Program-made: the position numbers and the translations under genes
The notes under the pieces: model-generated
Seen by the model: the letters and a program-made list of their open reading frames with translations, nothing else
Told to the model about the DNA's origin: nothing
Database searches by the model: none
Assembly: GCF_964355755.1 (NCBI RefSeq)
Contig: NC_092675.1
Coordinates: 12,581,812-12,645,811, forward strand
Source of the DNA: Antedon mediterranea
Lineage: Eukaryota; Animalia; Echinodermata
Length of the DNA stretch: 64,000 nucleotides
Direction: 5' to 3'
Part shown: positions 12,501 through 28,672 of the stretch, piece by piece
Layout of the letters: the number at the start of each line of letters is the position of its first letter
Numbering within the stretch: the first letter of the stretch is position 1

Positions 12501-15500
12501 TTCACACAAAAACATCAAAGAGCACAACATAGCTTAATATCGTATTTAAAAATGTTTTAGACCATTTTGAGCATTTAGATAAAACTTTTTCACACAAAAC
12601 ACCAAAGTGCTTAGAATAGCATCAAATCGCGTTTGGAGACGTTTTAGAGCATTTTGTGATTTTTGAAAAAACTTGTTAACATAAAAACACCAAAGTGCTT
12701 AGAATAGCTTCAAATCACATTTGGAGACGTTTTAGACCATTTTGTGATTTTTGAAAAAACTTGTTAACATAAAAACACGAAAGTGCTTAGAATAGCTTCA
12801 AATCACATTTGGAGACGTTTTAGACCATTTTGTGATTTTTGAAAAAACTTGTTAACATAAAAACACGAAAGTGCTTAGAATAGCTTCAAATCGCATTTGG
12901 AAACGTTTTAGACCATTTTGTGATTTTCGAAAAAGCTTGTTAACATAAAAACACCAAAGTGCTTAGAATCACATTATAAACCGTTTTAGACCATTTTGAG
13001 CATTTCGATAACAATTTTCACACAAAAACATCAAAGAGCACAAAATAGCTTAATATCGTATTTAAAAATGTTTTAGACCATTTTGAGCATTTAGATAAAA
13101 CTTTTTCACACAAAACACGAAAGTGCTTAGAATAGCTTCAAATCACATTTGGAGACGTTTCAGACCATTTTGTGATTTTTGAAAAAACTTGTTAACATAA
13201 AAACACGAAAGTGCTTAGAATAGCTTCAAATCGCATTTGGAAACGTTTTAGACCATTTTGTGATTTTCGAAAAAGCTTGTTAACATAAAAACACCAAAGT
13301 GCTTAGAATAGCTTCAAATCGCATTTGGAGACGTTTTAGACCATTTTGTGCATTTCGATGACACTTGGTTACACAAAAACATCAAAGTGCTTAAAATCAC
13401 ATTATAAATCGTTTTAGACCATTTTGAGCATTTCGACAAAACTTTTTCACACAAAATACCAAAGTGCTTAGAATAGCTTCAAATCGCATTTGGAGACGTT
13501 TTAGACCATTTTGTGATTTTCGAAAAAACTTTTTAACATAAAAACACCAAAGTGCTTAGAATAGCTTCAAATCACATTTGGAGACGTTTTAGACCATTTT
13601 GTGATTTTTGAAAAAACTTGTTAACATAAAAACACGAAAGTGCTTAGAATAGCTTCAAATCGCATTTGGAAACGTTTTAGACCATTTTGTGATTTTCGAA
13701 AAAAAATTGTTAACATAAAAACACAAAAGTGCTTAGAATCATATTATAAACCGTTTTAGACCATTTTGAGCATTTCGATAACAATTTTCACACAAAAACA
13801 TCAAAGAGCACAAAATAGCTTAATATCGTATTTAAAAATGTTTTAGACCATTTTGAGCATTTAGATAAAACTTTTTCACACAAAACACCAAAGTGCTTAG
13901 AATAGCTTCAAATCGCATTTGGAGACGTTTTAGACCATTTTGAGATTTTTGAAAAAACTTGTAAACATAAAAACACCAAAGTGCTTAGAATAGCTTCAAA
14001 TCACATTTGGAGACGTTTTAGACCATTTTGTGATTTTCGAAAAAACTTGTTTACATAAAAACACGAAAGTGCTTAGAATATCTTCAAATCGCATTTGGAA
14101 ACGTTTTAGACCATTTTGTGATTTTCGAAAAAACTTGTTAACATAAAAACACGAAAGTGCATAGAATAGCTTCAAATCGCATTTGGAAACGTTTTAGACC
14201 ATTTTGTGATTTTCGAAAAAAATTGTTAACATAAAAACACCAAAGTGCTTAGAATCACATTATAAACCGTTTTAGACCATTTTGAGCATTTCGATAACAA
14301 TTTTCACACAAAAACTTCAAAGAGCACAAAATAGCTTAATATCGTATTTAAAAATGTTTTAGACCATTTTGAGCATTTAGATAAAACTTTTTCACACAAA
14401 ACACCAAAGTGCTTAGAATAGCTTCAAATCGCATTTGGAGACGTTTTAGACCATTTTGTGATTTTTGAAAAAACTTGTTAACATAAAAACACCAATGTGC
14501 TTAGAATAGCTTCAAATCACATTTGGAGACGTTTTAGACCATTTTGTGATTTTTGAAAAAACTTGTTAACATAAAAACACGAAAGTGCTTAGAATAGCTT
14601 CAAATCACATTTGGAGACGTTTTAGACCATTTTGTGATTTTCGAAAAAACTTGGTTACACAAAAACATCAAAGTGCTTAAAATCACATTATAAACCGTTT
14701 TAGACCATTTTGAACATTTCGATAACACTTTTCACACAAAAACATCAAAGAGCACAAAATAGCTTAATATCGTATTTAAAAACGTTTTAGACCATTTTGA
14801 GCATTTAGACAAAACTTTTTCACACAAAACACCAAAGTGCTTAGAATAGCTTCAAATCGCATTTGGAGACGTTTTAGACCATTTTGTGCATTTCGATGAA
14901 ACTTGGTTACACAAAAACATCAAAGTGCTTAAAATCACATTATAAATCGTTTTAGACCATTTTGAGCATTTAGATAAAACTTTTTCACACAAAACACCAA
15001 AGTGCTTAGAATAGCTTCAAATCGCATTTGGAGACGTTTTAGACCATTTTGTGATTTTTGAAAAAACTTGTTAACATAAAAACACCAAAGTGCTTAGAAT
15101 AGCTTCAAATCACATTTGGAGACGTTTTAGACCATTTTGTGATTTTCGAAAAAACTTGTTAACATAAAAACACGAAAGTGCTTAGAATAGCTTCAAATCG
15201 CATTTGGAAACGTTTAGACCAATTTGTGATTTTCGAAAAAACTTATCAACATAAAAACACCAAAGGGTTTAGAATAGCTTCAAATCGCATTTGGAGACGT
15301 TTTAGAGCATTTTGTGATTTTCGAAAAAACTTGTTAACATAAAAACACGAAAGTGCTTAGAATAGCTTCAAATCGCATTTGGAAACGTTTTAGACCATTT
15401 TGTGATTTTCGAAAAAACTTGTTAACATAAAAACATGAAAGTGCTTAGAATAGCTTCAAATCGTATTTGGAGACGTTTTAGACCATTTTGTGATTTTCGA

Positions 15501-18500
15501 AAAAACTTGTTAACATAAAAACACCAAAGTGCTTAGAATAGCTTCAAATCGCATTTGGAGACGTTTTAGACCATTTTGTGCATTTCGATGAAACTTGGTT
15601 ACACAAAAACATCAAAGTGCTTAAAATCACATTATAAACCATTTTAGACCATTTTGAGCATTTCGATAACACTTTTCACACAAAAACATCAAAGAGCACA
15701 AAATAGCTTAATATCGTATTTAAAAACGTTTTAGACCATTTTGAGCATTTCGACAAAACTTTTTCACACAAAACACCAAAGTGCTTAGAATAGCTTCAAA
15801 TCGCATTTGGAGACGTTTTAGACCATTTTGTGATTTTCGAAAAAACTTGTTAACATAAAAACATCAAAGTGTACAGAATAACTTCAAATCGCATTTGAAG
15901 ACCGTTTTAGGCCAATTTGTGATTTTCGAAAAAACTTGTTAACCTAAAAATACCAAAGTGTTTAGAATAGCTTCAAATCGCATTTGGAGACGTTTTAGAC
16001 CATTTTGTGATTTTCGAAAAAACTTGTTAACATAAAAACACCAAAGTGCTTCAAATCGCATTTGGAGACATTTTAGACCAATTTGTGATTTTTTAAAAAA
16101 CTTGTTAACATAAAAACACCAAAGTGCTTACAATAGCTTCAAATCGTATTTGGAGACGTTTTAGACCATTTTGTGATTTTCGAAAAAACTTGTTAACATA
16201 AAAACACCAAAGTACTTAGAATAGCTTCAAATCGCATTTGGAGACGTTTTAGACCATTTTATGCATTTCGATGAAACTTGGTTACACAAAAACATCAAAG
16301 TGCTTAAAATCACATTATAATCCGTTTTAGACCATTTTGAGCATTTCGATAACACTTTTCACACAAAAACATCAAAGAGCACAAAATAGCTTAATATCGT
16401 ATTTAAAAACGTTTTAGACCATTTTGAGCATTTCGACAAAACTTTTTCACACAAAACACCAAAGTGCTTAGAATAGCTTCAAATCGCATTTGGAGATGTT
16501 TTAGACCATTTTGTGATTTTCGAAAAAAATTGTTAACATAAAAACATCAAAGTGTACAGAATAGCTTCAAATCGCATTTGGAGACCGTTTTAGGCCAATT
16601 TGTGATTTTCGAAAAAACTTGTTAACCTAAAAATACCAAAGTGTTTAGAATAGCTTCAAAACGCATTTGGAGACGTTTTAGACCATTTTGTGATTTTCGA
16701 AAAAACTTGTTAACATAAAAACACCAAAGTGCTTAGAATAGCTTCAAATCGCATTTGGAGACATTTTAGACCAATTTGTGATTTTCGAAGAAACTTGTCA
16801 ACATAAAAACACCAAAGTGTTTAGAATAGCTTCAAATCGCATTTGGAGACGTTTTAGACCTATTTGTGATTTTCGAAAAAACTTATCAACATAAAAACAC
16901 CAAAGGGTTTAGAATATCTTCAAATCGCATTTGGAGACGTTTTAGACCATTTTGTGATTTTCGAAAAAACTTGTTAACATAAAAACACCAAAGTGCTTAG
17001 AATAGCTTCAAATCGCATTTGGAGACGTTTTAGACCAATTTGTGATTTTCGAAAAAACTTATCAACATAAAAACACCAAAGGGTTTAGAATAGCTCCAAA
17101 TCGCATTTGGAGACGTTTTAGACCATTTTGTGATTTTGAAAAAACTTGTTAACATAAAAACACCAAAGTGCTTAGAATAGCTTCAAATCGCATTTGGAGA
17201 CGTTTTAGACCATTTTGTGATTTTCGAAAAAACTTGTTAACATAAAAACACCAAAGTGCTTAGAATAGCTTCAAATCGTATTTGGAGACGTTTTAGACCA
17301 TTTTGAGATTTTCGAAAAAACTTGGTTACACAAAAACATCAAAGTGCTTAAAATCACATTATAAACCGTTTTAGACCATTTTGAGCATTTCGATAACACT
17401 TTTCACACAAAAACATCAAAGAGCACTAAATAGCTTAATATCGTATTTAAAAACGTTTTAGACCATTTTGAGCATTTCGACAAAACTTTTTCACACAAAA
17501 CACCAAAGTGCTTAGAATAGCTTCAAATTGCATTTGGAGACGTTTTAGACCAATTTGTGCATTTCGATGAAACTTGATTACACAAAAACATCAAAGTGCT
17601 TAAAATCACATCATAAACCGTTTTAGACCATTTTGAGCATTTCGATAACACTTTTCACACAAAAACATCAAAGAGCACAAAATAGCTTAATATCGTATTT
17701 AAAAACGTTTTAGACCATTTTGAGCATTTCGACAAAACTTTTTCACACAAAACACCAAAGTGCTTAGAATAGCTTCAAATCGCATTTGGAGACGTTTTAG
17801 ACCAATTTGTGCATTTCGATGAAACTTGATTACACAAAAACATCAAAGTGCTTAAAATCACATTATAAACCGTTTTAGACCATTTTGAGCATTTCGATAA
17901 CACTTTTCACACAAAAACATCAAAGAGCACAAAATAGCTTAATATCGTATTTAAAAACGTTTTAGACCATTTTGAGCATTTAGACAAAACTTTTTCACAC
18001 AAAACACCAAAGTGCTTAGAATAGCTTCAAATCGCATTTGGAGACGTTTTAGACCATTTTGTGATTTTTGAAAAAACTTGTTAACATAAAAACACCAAAG
18101 TGCTTAGAATAGCTTCAAATCACATTTGGAGACGTTTTAGACCATTTTGTGATTTTCGAAAAAACTTGTTAACATAAAAACACGAAAGTGCTTAGAATAG
18201 CTTCAAATCGCATTTGGAAACGTTTTAGACCATTTTGTGATTTTCGAAAAAACTTGTTAACATAAAAACACGAAAGTGCTTAGAATCACATTATAAACCG
18301 TTTTAGACCATTTTGAGCATTTCGATAACAATTTTCACACAAAAACATCAAAGAGCACAAAATAGCTTAATATCGTATTTATAAATGTTGTAGACCATTT
18401 TGAGCATTTCGACAAAACTTTTTCACACAAAACACCAAAGTGCTTAGAATAGCTTCAAATCGCATTTGGAGACGTTTTAGACCATTTTGTGATTTCAAAA

Positions 18501-21500
18501 AAACTTGATTACACAAAAACATCAAAGTGCTTAAAATCACATTATAAACCGTTTTAGACCATTTTGAGCATTTCGATAACACTTTTCACACAAAAACATC
18601 AAAGAGCACAAAATAGCTTAATATCGTATTTAAAAACGTTTTAGACCATTTTGAGCATTTAGACAAAACTTTTTCACACAAAACACCAAAGTGCTTAGAA
18701 TAGCTTCAAATCGCATTTGGAGACGTTTTAGAACATTTTGTGTTTTTCGAAAAAAACTGTTAACATAAAAACACCAAAGTGCTTAGAATAGCTTCAAATC
18801 GCATTTGGAGACGTTTTAGAACATTTTGTGTTCTTTGAAAAAACCTGTTAACATAAAAACACCAAAGTGCTTAGAATAGCTTCAAATCGCATTTGGAGAC
18901 GTTTTAGACCATTTTGTGATTTTTGAAAAAACTTTTTAACATAAAAACACCAAAGTGCTTAGAATAGCTTCAAATCACATTTGGAGACGTTTTAGACCAT
19001 TTTGTGATTTTCGAAAAAACTTGTTAACATAAAAACACCAAAGTGCTTAGAATAGCGTCAAATCGTATTTGGAGACGTTTTAGACCATTTTGTGATTTTC
19101 GAAAAAACTTGTTAACATAAAAACACCAAAGTGCTTAGAATAGCTTCAAATCGCATTTGGAGACGGTTTAGACCATTTTGTGATTTTGAAAAAACTTGTT
19201 AACATAAAAACACCAAAGTGCTTAGAATAGCTTCAAATCGCATTTGGAGACGTTTTAGACCATTTTGTGATTTTCGAAAAAACTTGTTAACATAAAAACA
19301 CCAAAGTGCTTAGAATAGCTTCAAATCGTATTTGGAGACGTTTTAGACCATTTTGAGATTTTCGAAAAAACTTGGTTAAACAAAAACATCAAAGTGCTTA
19401 AAATCACATTATAAACCGTTTTAGACCATTTTGAGCATTTCGATAACACTTTTCACACAAAAACATCAAAGGGCACAAAATAGCTTAATATCGTATTTAA
19501 AAACGTTTTAGACCATTTTGAGCATTTCGACAAAACTTTTTCACACAAAACACCAAAGTGCTTAGAATAGCTTCAAATCGCATTTGGAGACGTTTTAGAC
19601 CAATTTGTGCATTTCGATGAAACTTGATTACACAAAAACATCAAAGTGCTTAAAATCACATTATAAACCGTTTTAGACCATTTTAAGCATTTCGATAACA
19701 CTTTTCACACAAAAACATCAAAGAGCACAAAATAGCTTAATATCGTATTTAAAAACGTTTTAGACCATTTTGAGCATTTCGACAAAACTTTTTCACACAA
19801 AACACCAAAGTGCTTAGAATAGCTTCAAATCGCATTTGGAGACGTTTTAGACCAATTTGTGCATTTCGATGAAACTTGATTACACAAAAACATCAAAGTG
19901 CTTAAAATCACATTATAAACCGTTTTAGACCATTTTGAGCATTTCGATAACACTTTTCACACAAAAACATCAAAGAGCACAAAATAGCTTAATATCGTAT
20001 TTAAAAACGTTTTAGACCATTTTGTGATTTTCGAAAAAACTTGTTAACATAAAAACACGAAAGTGCTTAGAATAGCTTCAAATCGCATTTGGAAACGTTT
20101 TAGACCATTTTGTGATTTTCGAAAAAAATTGTTAACATAAAAACACCAAAGTGCTTAGAATCACATTATAAACCGTTTTAGACCATTTTGAGCATTTCGA
20201 TAACAATTTTCACACAAAAACATCAAAGAGCACAAAATAGCTTAATATCGTATTTAAAAATGTTTTAGACCATTTTGAGCATTTAGATAAAACTTTTTCA
20301 CACAAAACACCAAAGTGCTTAGAATAGCTTCAAATCGCATTTGGAGACGTTTTAGACCATTTTGTGATTTTTGAAAAAACTTGTTAACATAAAAACACCA
20401 AAGTGTTAGAATAGCTTCAAATCACATTTGGAGACGTTTCAGACCATTTTGTGATTTTCGAAAAAACTTGTTAACATAAAAACACGAAAGTGCTTAGAAT
20501 AGCTTCAAATCGAATTTGGAAACGTTTTAGACCATTTTGTGATTTTCGAAAAAACTTGTTAACATAAAAACACGAAAGTGCTTAGAATAGCTTCAAATCG
20601 CATTTGGAAACGTTTTAGACCATTTTGTGATTTTCGAAAAAACTTGTTAACATAAAAACACGAAAGTGCTTAGAATAGCTTCAAATCGCATTTGGAAACG
20701 TTTTAGACCATTTTGTGATTTTCGAAAAAAATTGTTAACATAAAAACACCAAAGTGTTTAGAATAGCTTCAAATCGCATTTGGAGACGTTTTAGACCAAT
20801 TTGTGATTTTCGAAAAAACTTATCAACATAAAAACACAAAAGGGTTTAGAATAGCTTCAAATCGCATTTGGAAACGTTTTAGACCATTTTGTGATTTTGA
20901 AAAAACTTGTTAACATAAAAACACCAAAGTGCTTAGAATAGCTTCAAATCGCATTTGGAGACGTTTTAGACCATTTTGTGATTTTCGAAAAAACTTGTTA
21001 ACATAAAAACACCAAAGTGCTTAGAATAGCTTCAAATCGTATTTGGAGACGTTTTAGACCATTTTGAGATTTTCGAAAAAACTTGGTTACACAAAAACAT
21101 CAAAGTGCTTAAAATCACATTATAAACCGTTTTAGACCATTTTGAGCATTTCGATAACACTTTTCACACAAAAACATCAAAGAGCACAAAATAGCTTAAT
21201 ATCGTATTTAAAAACGTTTTAGACCATTTTGAGCATTTCGACAAAACTTTTTCACACAAAACACCAAAGTGCTTAGAATAGCTTCAAATCGCATTTGGAG
21301 ACGTTTTAGACCAATTTGTGCATTTCGATGAAACTTGATTACACAAAAACATCAAAGTGCTTAAAATCACATCATAAACCGTTTTAGACCATTTTGAGCA
21401 TTTCGATAACACTTTTCACACAAAAACATCAAAGAGCACAAAATAGCTTAATATCGTATTTAAAAACGTTTTAGACCATTTTGAGCATTTCGACAAAACT

Positions 21501-24500
21501 TTTTCACACAAAACACCAAAGTGCTTAGAATACCTTCAAATCGCATTTGGAGACGTTTTAGACCAATTTGTGCATTTCGATGAAACTTGATTACACAAAA
21601 ACATCAAAGTGCTTAAAATCACATTATAAACCGTTTTAGACCATTTTGAGCATTTCGATAACACTTTTCACACAAAAACATCAAAGAGCACAAAATAGCT
21701 TAATATCGTATTTAAAAACGTTTTAGACCATTTTGAGCATTTCGACAAAACTTTTTCACACAAAACACCAAAGTGCTTAGAATAGCTTCAAATCGCATTT
21801 GGAGACGTTTTAGACCAATTTGTGCATTTCAAAGAAACTTGATTACACAAAAACATCAAAGTGCTTAAAATCACATTATAAAACGTTTTAGACCATTTTG
21901 AGCATTTAGACAAAACTTTTTCACCCAAAACACCAAAGTGCTTAGAATAGCTTCAAATCGCATTTGGATACGTTTTAGAACATTTTGTGTTTTTCGAAAA
22001 AAACTGTTAACATAAAAACACCAAAGTGCTTAGAATAGCTTCAAATCGCATTTGGAGACGTTTTAGAACATTTTGTGTTCTTCGAAAAAACCTGTTAACA
22101 TAAAAACACCAAAGTGCTTAGAATAGCTTCAAATCGCATTTGGAGACGTTTTAGACCATTTTGTGATTTTTGAAAAAACTTGTTAACATAAAAACACCAA
22201 AGTGCTTAGAATAGCTTCAAATCACATTTGGAGACGTTTTAGACCATTTTGTGATTTTCGAAAAAACTTGTTAACATAAAAACACAAAAATGCTTAGAAT
22301 AGCTTCAAATCGCATTTGGAAACGTTTTAGACCATTTTGTGATTTTCGAAAAAGATTGTTAACATAAAAACACCAAAGTGCTTAGAATCACAATATAAAC
22401 CGTTTTAGACCATTTTGAGCATTTCGATAACAATTTTCACACAAAAACATCAAAGAGCACAAAATAGCCTAATATCGTATTTAAAAATGTTTTAGACCAT
22501 TTTGAGCATTTAGATAAAACTTTTTCACACAAAACACCAAAGTGCTTAGAATAGCTTCAAATCGCATTTGGAGACGGTTTAGACCATTTTGTGATTTTGA
22601 AAAAACTTGTTAACATAAAAACACCAAAGTGCTTAGAATAGCTTCAAATCGCATTTGGAGACGTTTTAGACCATTTTGTGATTTTCGAAAAAACTTGTTA
22701 ACATAAAAACACCAAAGTGCTTAGAATAGCTTCAAATCGTATTTGGAGACGTTTTAGACCATTTAGAGATTTTCGAAAAAACTTGGTTACACAAAAACAT
22801 CAAAGTGCTTAAAATCACATTATAAACCGTTTTAGACCATTTTGAACATTTCGATAACACTTTTCACACAAAAACATCAAAGAGCACAAAATAGCTTAAT
22901 ATCGTATTTAAAAACGTTTTAGACCATTTTGAGCATTTCGACAAAACTTTTTCACACAAAACACCAAAGTGCTTAAAATAGCTTCAAATCGCATTTGGAG
23001 ACGTTTTAGACCAATTTGTGCATTTCGATGAAACTTGATTACACAAAAACATCAACGTGCTTAAAATCACATTATAAACCGTTTTAGACCATTTTGAGCA
23101 TTTCGATAACACTTTTCACACAAAAACATCAAAGAGCACAAAATAGCTTAATATCGTATTTAAAAACGTTTTAGACCATTTTGAGCATTTAGACAAAACT
23201 TTTTCACACAAAACACCAAAGTGCTTAGAATAGCTTCAAATCGCATTTGGAGACGTTTTAGACCATTTTGTGCATTTCGATGAAACTTGGTTACACAAAA
23301 ACATCAAAGTGCTTAAAATCACATTATAAATCGTTTTAGACCATTTTGAGCATTTTGACAAAACTTTTTCACACAAAATATCAAAGGGCTTAGAATAGCT
23401 TCAAATCGCATTTGGAGACGTTTTAGACCATTTTGTGATTTTCGAAAAAACTTTTTAACATAAAAACACCAAAGTGCTTAGAATAGCTTCAAATCACATT
23501 TGGAGACGTTTTAGACCATTTTGTGATTTTCGAAAAAACTTGTTAACATAAAAACACGAAAGTGCTTAGAATGGCTTCAAATCGCATTTGGAAACGTTTT
23601 AGACCATTTTGTGATTTTCGAAAAAAATTGTTAACATAAAAACACCAAAGTGCTTAGAATCACATTATAAACCGTTTTAGACCATTTTGAGCATTTCGAT
23701 AACAATTTTCACACAAAAACATCAAAGAGCACAAAATAGCTTAATATCGTATTTAAAAATGTTTTAGACCATTTTGAGCATTTAGATAAAACTTTTTCAC
23801 ACAAAACACCAAAGTGCTTAGAATAGCTTCAAATCGTATTTGGAGACGTTTTAGACCATTTTGTGATTTTTGAAAAAACTTGTTAACATAAAAACACCAA
23901 AGTGCTTAGAATAGCTTCAAATCACATTTGGAGACGTTTTAGACCATTTTGTGATTTTCGAAAAAACTTGTTAACATAAAAACACGAAAGTGCTTAGAAT
24001 AGCTTCAAATCGCATTTGGAAACGTTTTAGACCATTTTGTAATTTTCGAAAAAACTTGTTAACATAAAAACACGAAAGTGCTTAGAATAGCTTCAAATCG
24101 CATTTTGAAACGTTTTAGACCATTTTGTGATTTTCGAAAAAATTGTTAACATAAAAACACCAAAGTGTTTAGAATAGCTTCAAATCGCATTTGGAGACGT
24201 TTTAGACCAATTTGTGATTTTCGAAAAAACTTATCAACATAAAAACACCAAAGGGTTTAGAATAGCTTCAAATCGCATTTGGAGACGTTTTAGACCATTT
24301 TGTGATTTTGAAAAAACTTGTTAACATAAAAACACCTAAGTGCTTAGAATAGCTTCAAATCGCATTTGGAGACGTTTTAGACCATTTTGTGATTTTCTAA
24401 AAAAATTGTTAACATAAAAACACCAAAGTGCTTAGAATAGCTTCAAATCGTATTTGGAGACGTTTTAGACCATTTTGAGATTTTCGAAAAAACTTGGTTA

Positions 24501-27500
24501 CACAAAAACATCAAAGTGCTTAAAATCACATTATAAACCGTTTTAGACCATTTTGAGCATTTCGATAAAACTTTTTCACACAAAACACCAAAGTGCTTAG
24601 AATAGCTTCAAATCACATTTGGAGACGTTTTAGACCATTTTGTGATTTTCGAAAAAACTTGTTAACATAAAAACACGAAAGTGCTTAGAATAGCTTCAAA
24701 TCGCATTTGGAAACGTTTTAGACCATTTTGTGATTTTCGAAAAAGATTGTTAACATAAAAACACCAAAGTGCTTAGAATCACAATATAAACCGCTTTAGA
24801 CCATTTTGAGCATTTCGATGAAACTTGATTACACAAAAACATCAAAGTGCTTAAAATCACATTATAAACCGTTTTAGACCATTTTGAGCATTTCGATAAC
24901 ACTTTTCACACAAAAACATCAAAGAGCACAAAATAGCTTAATATCGTATTTAAAAACGTTTTAGACCATTTTGAGCATTTAGACAAAACTTTTTCACACA
25001 AAACACCAAAGTGCTTAGAATAGCTTCAAATCGCATTTGGAGACGTTTTAGAACATTTTGTGTTCTTCGAAAAAACCTGTTAACATAAAAACACCAATGT
25101 GCTTAGAATAGCTTCAAATCGCATTTGGAGACGTTTTAGACCATTTTGTGATTTTTGAAAAAAATTGTTAACATAAAAACACCAAAGTGCTTAGAATAGC
25201 TTCAAATCACATTTGGAGACGTTTTAGACCATTTTGTGATTTTCGAAAAAACTTGTTAACATAAAAACACGAAAGTGCTTAGAATAGCTTCAAATCGCAT
25301 TTGGAAACGTTTTAGACCATTTTGTGATTTTCGAAAAAGATTGTTAACATAAAAACACCAAAGTGCTTAGAATCACAATATAAACCGCTTTAGACCATTT
25401 TGAGCATTTCGATAAAAATTTTCACACAAAAACATCAAAGAGCACAAAATAGCTTAATATCGTATTTAAAAATGTTTTAGACCATTTTGAGCATTTAGGT
25501 AAAACTTTTTCACACAAAACACCAAAGTGCTTAGAATAGCTTCAAATCGCATTTGGAGACGGTTTAGACCATTTTGTGATTTTGAAAAAACTTGTTAACA
25601 TAAAAACACCAAAGTGCTTAGAATAGCTTCAAATCGCATTTGGAGACGTTTTAGACCATTTTGTGATTTTCGAAAAAACTTGTTAACATAAAAACACCAA
25701 AGTGCTTAGATTAGCTTCAAATCGTATTTGGAGACGTTTTAGACCATTTTGAGATTTTCGAAAAAACTTGGTTACACAAAAACATCAAAGTGCTTAAAAT
25801 CACATTATAAACCGTTTTAGACCATTTTGAACATTTCGATAACACTTTTCACACAAAAACATCAAAGAGCACAAAATAGCTTAATATCGTATTTAAAAAC
25901 GTTTTAGACCATTTTGAGCATTTCGACAAAACTTTTTCACACAAAAAACCAAAGTGCTTAGAATAGCTTCAAATCGCATTTGGAGACGTTTTAGACCAAT
26001 TTGTGCATTTCGATGAAACTTGATTACACAAAAACATCAACGTGCTTAAAATCACATTATAAACCGTTTTAGACCATTTTGAGCATTTCGATAACACTTT
26101 TCACACAAAAACATCAAAGAGCACAAAATAGCTTAATATCGTATTTAAAAACGTTTTAGACCATTTTGAGCATTTAGACAAAACTTTTTCACACAAAACA
26201 CCAAAGTGCTTAGAATAGCTTCAAATCGCATTTGGAGACGTTTTAGACCATTTTGTGCATTTCGATGAAACTTGGTTACACAAAAACATCAAAGTGCTTA
26301 AAATCACATTATAAATCGTTTTAGACCATTTTGAGCATTTCGACAAAACTTTTTCACACAAAATATCAAAGGGCTTAGAATAGCTTCAAATCGCATTTGG
26401 AGACGTTTTAGACCATTTTGTGATTTTCGAAAAAACTTTTTAACATAAAAACACCAAAGTGCTTAGAATAGCTTCAAATCACATTTGGAGACGTTTTAGA
26501 CCATTTTGTGATTTTCGAAAAAACTTGTTAACATAAAAACACGAAAGTGCTTAGAATAGCTTCAAATCGCATTTGGAAACGTTTTAGACCATTTTGTGAT
26601 TTTCGAAAAAAATTGTTAACATAAAAACACCAAAGTGCTTAGAATCACATTATAAACCGTTTTAGACCATTTTGAGCATTTCGATAACAATTTTCACACA
26701 AAAACATCAAAGAGCACAAAATAGCTTAATATCGTATTTAAAAATGTTTTAGACCATTTTGAGCATTTAGATAAAACTTTTTCACACAAAACACCAAAGT
26801 GCTTAGAATAGCTTCAAATCGTATTTGGAGACGTTTTAGACCATTTTGTGATTTTTGAAAAAACTTGTTAACATAAAAACACCAAAGGGCTTAGAATAGC
26901 TTCAAATCACATTTGGAGACGTTTTAGACCATTTTGTGATTTTCGAAAAAACTTGTTAACATAAAAACACGAAAGTGCTTAGAATAGCTTCAAATCGCAT
27001 TTGGAAACGTTTTAGACCATTTTGTGATTTTCGAAAAAACTTGTTAACATAAAAACACGAAAGTGCTTAGAATAGCTTCAAATCGCATTTGGAAACGTTT
27101 TAGACCATTTTGTGATTTTCGAAAAAAATTGTTAACATAAAAACACCAAAGTGTTTAGAATAGCTTCAAATCGCATTTGGAGACGTTTTAGACCAATTTG
27201 TGATTTTCGAAAAAACTTATCAACATAAAAACACCAAAGGGTTTAGAATAGCTTCAAATCGCATTTGGAGACGTTTTAGACCATTTTGTGATTTTCGAAA
27301 AAAATTGTTAACATAAAAACACCAAAGTGCTTAAAATAGCTTCAAATCGCATTTGGAGACGTTTTAGACCATTTTGTGATTTTCGAAAAAAATTGTTAAC
27401 ATAAAAACACCAAAGTGCTTAGAATAGCTTCAAATCGTATTTGGAGACGTTTTAGACCATTTTAAGATTTTCGAAAAAACTTGGTTACACAAAAACATCA

Positions 27501-28215
27501 AAGTGCTTAAAATCACATTATAAACCGTTTTAGACCATTTTGAGCATTTCGATAACACTTTTCACACAAAAACATCAAAGAGCACAAAATAGCTTAATAT
27601 CGTATTTAAAAACGTTTTAGACCATTTTGAGCATTTCGACAAAACTTTTTCACACAAAACACCAAAGTGCTTAGAATAGCTTCAAATCGCATTTGGAGAC
27701 GTTTTAGACCAATTTGTGCATTTCGATGAAACTTGATTACACAAAAACATCAAAGTGCTTAAAATCACATCATAAACCGTTTTAGACCATTTTGAGCATT
27801 TCGATAACACTTTTCACACAAAAACATCAAAGAGCACAAAATAGCTTAATATCGTATTTAAAAACGTTTTAGACCATTTTGAGCATTTCGACAAAACTTT
27901 TTCACACAAAACACCAAAGTGTATAGAATAGCTTCAAATCGCATTTGGAGACGTTTTAGACCAATTTGTGCATTTCGATGAAACTTGATTACACAAAAAC
28001 ATCAAAGTGCTTAAAATCACATTATAAACCGTTTTAGACCATTTTGAGCATTTCGATAACACTTTTCACACAAAAACATCAAAGAGCACAAAATAGCTTA
28101 ATATCGTATTTAAAAACGTTTTAGACCATTTTGAGCATTTAGACAAAACTTTTTCACACAAAACACCAAAGAATAGCTTCAAATCGCATTTGGAGACGTT
28201 TTAGACCATTTTGTG
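9564..28215. repeat. Satellite array, block 2
   Basis: Same monomers and orientation as block 1. The 252-bp trimer (88+77+87) is seen at GAGCAC anchors 17421, 17673 and 17925. Confidence 0.98.
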
Positions 28216-28631
28216 TTACGCTAGCGACCGGACAGGACAACAAACAAACACAGATAAACCATCATTGGATGGAAATGTCATTTATTCAAATGACGAATAT
28301 TAAAACGTGTATATTGGTAAAACATAGATGACATATCACTTCTAGTATAAAACTTAATTATATTACATAATATAAAATGGGTCACGCCCTATACGTTATG
28401 TCATCTGAAACATAAATCAAATTCTGCATAACGGATATCAGTTATCAGAATATTTAAACAAAGTATAAATCAAAGTATTAAACTCTACTTACTAAACAGT
28501 ACTTAATATTAGGTTAACAAATTTGACTTAAGCATCAAATATATACATCTATAAATCTACTTGAGTCTGATTAAAATACAATAAAATATGAAATTGGCTG
28601 TATATAAGACATGAGTCTGGGTGTCAGCGCC
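28216..28631 (-). repeat. Ngaro terminal repeat B2 (416 bp)
   Basis: Matches 28884-29299 (offset 668); I noticed two substitutions. A minus-strand AATAAA lies at 28281-28286. Confidence 0.95.
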
Positions 28632-28672
28632 CAGCCAAAGCAAAACGGGGGAAGAATGGGGTGGTCGGAGGG

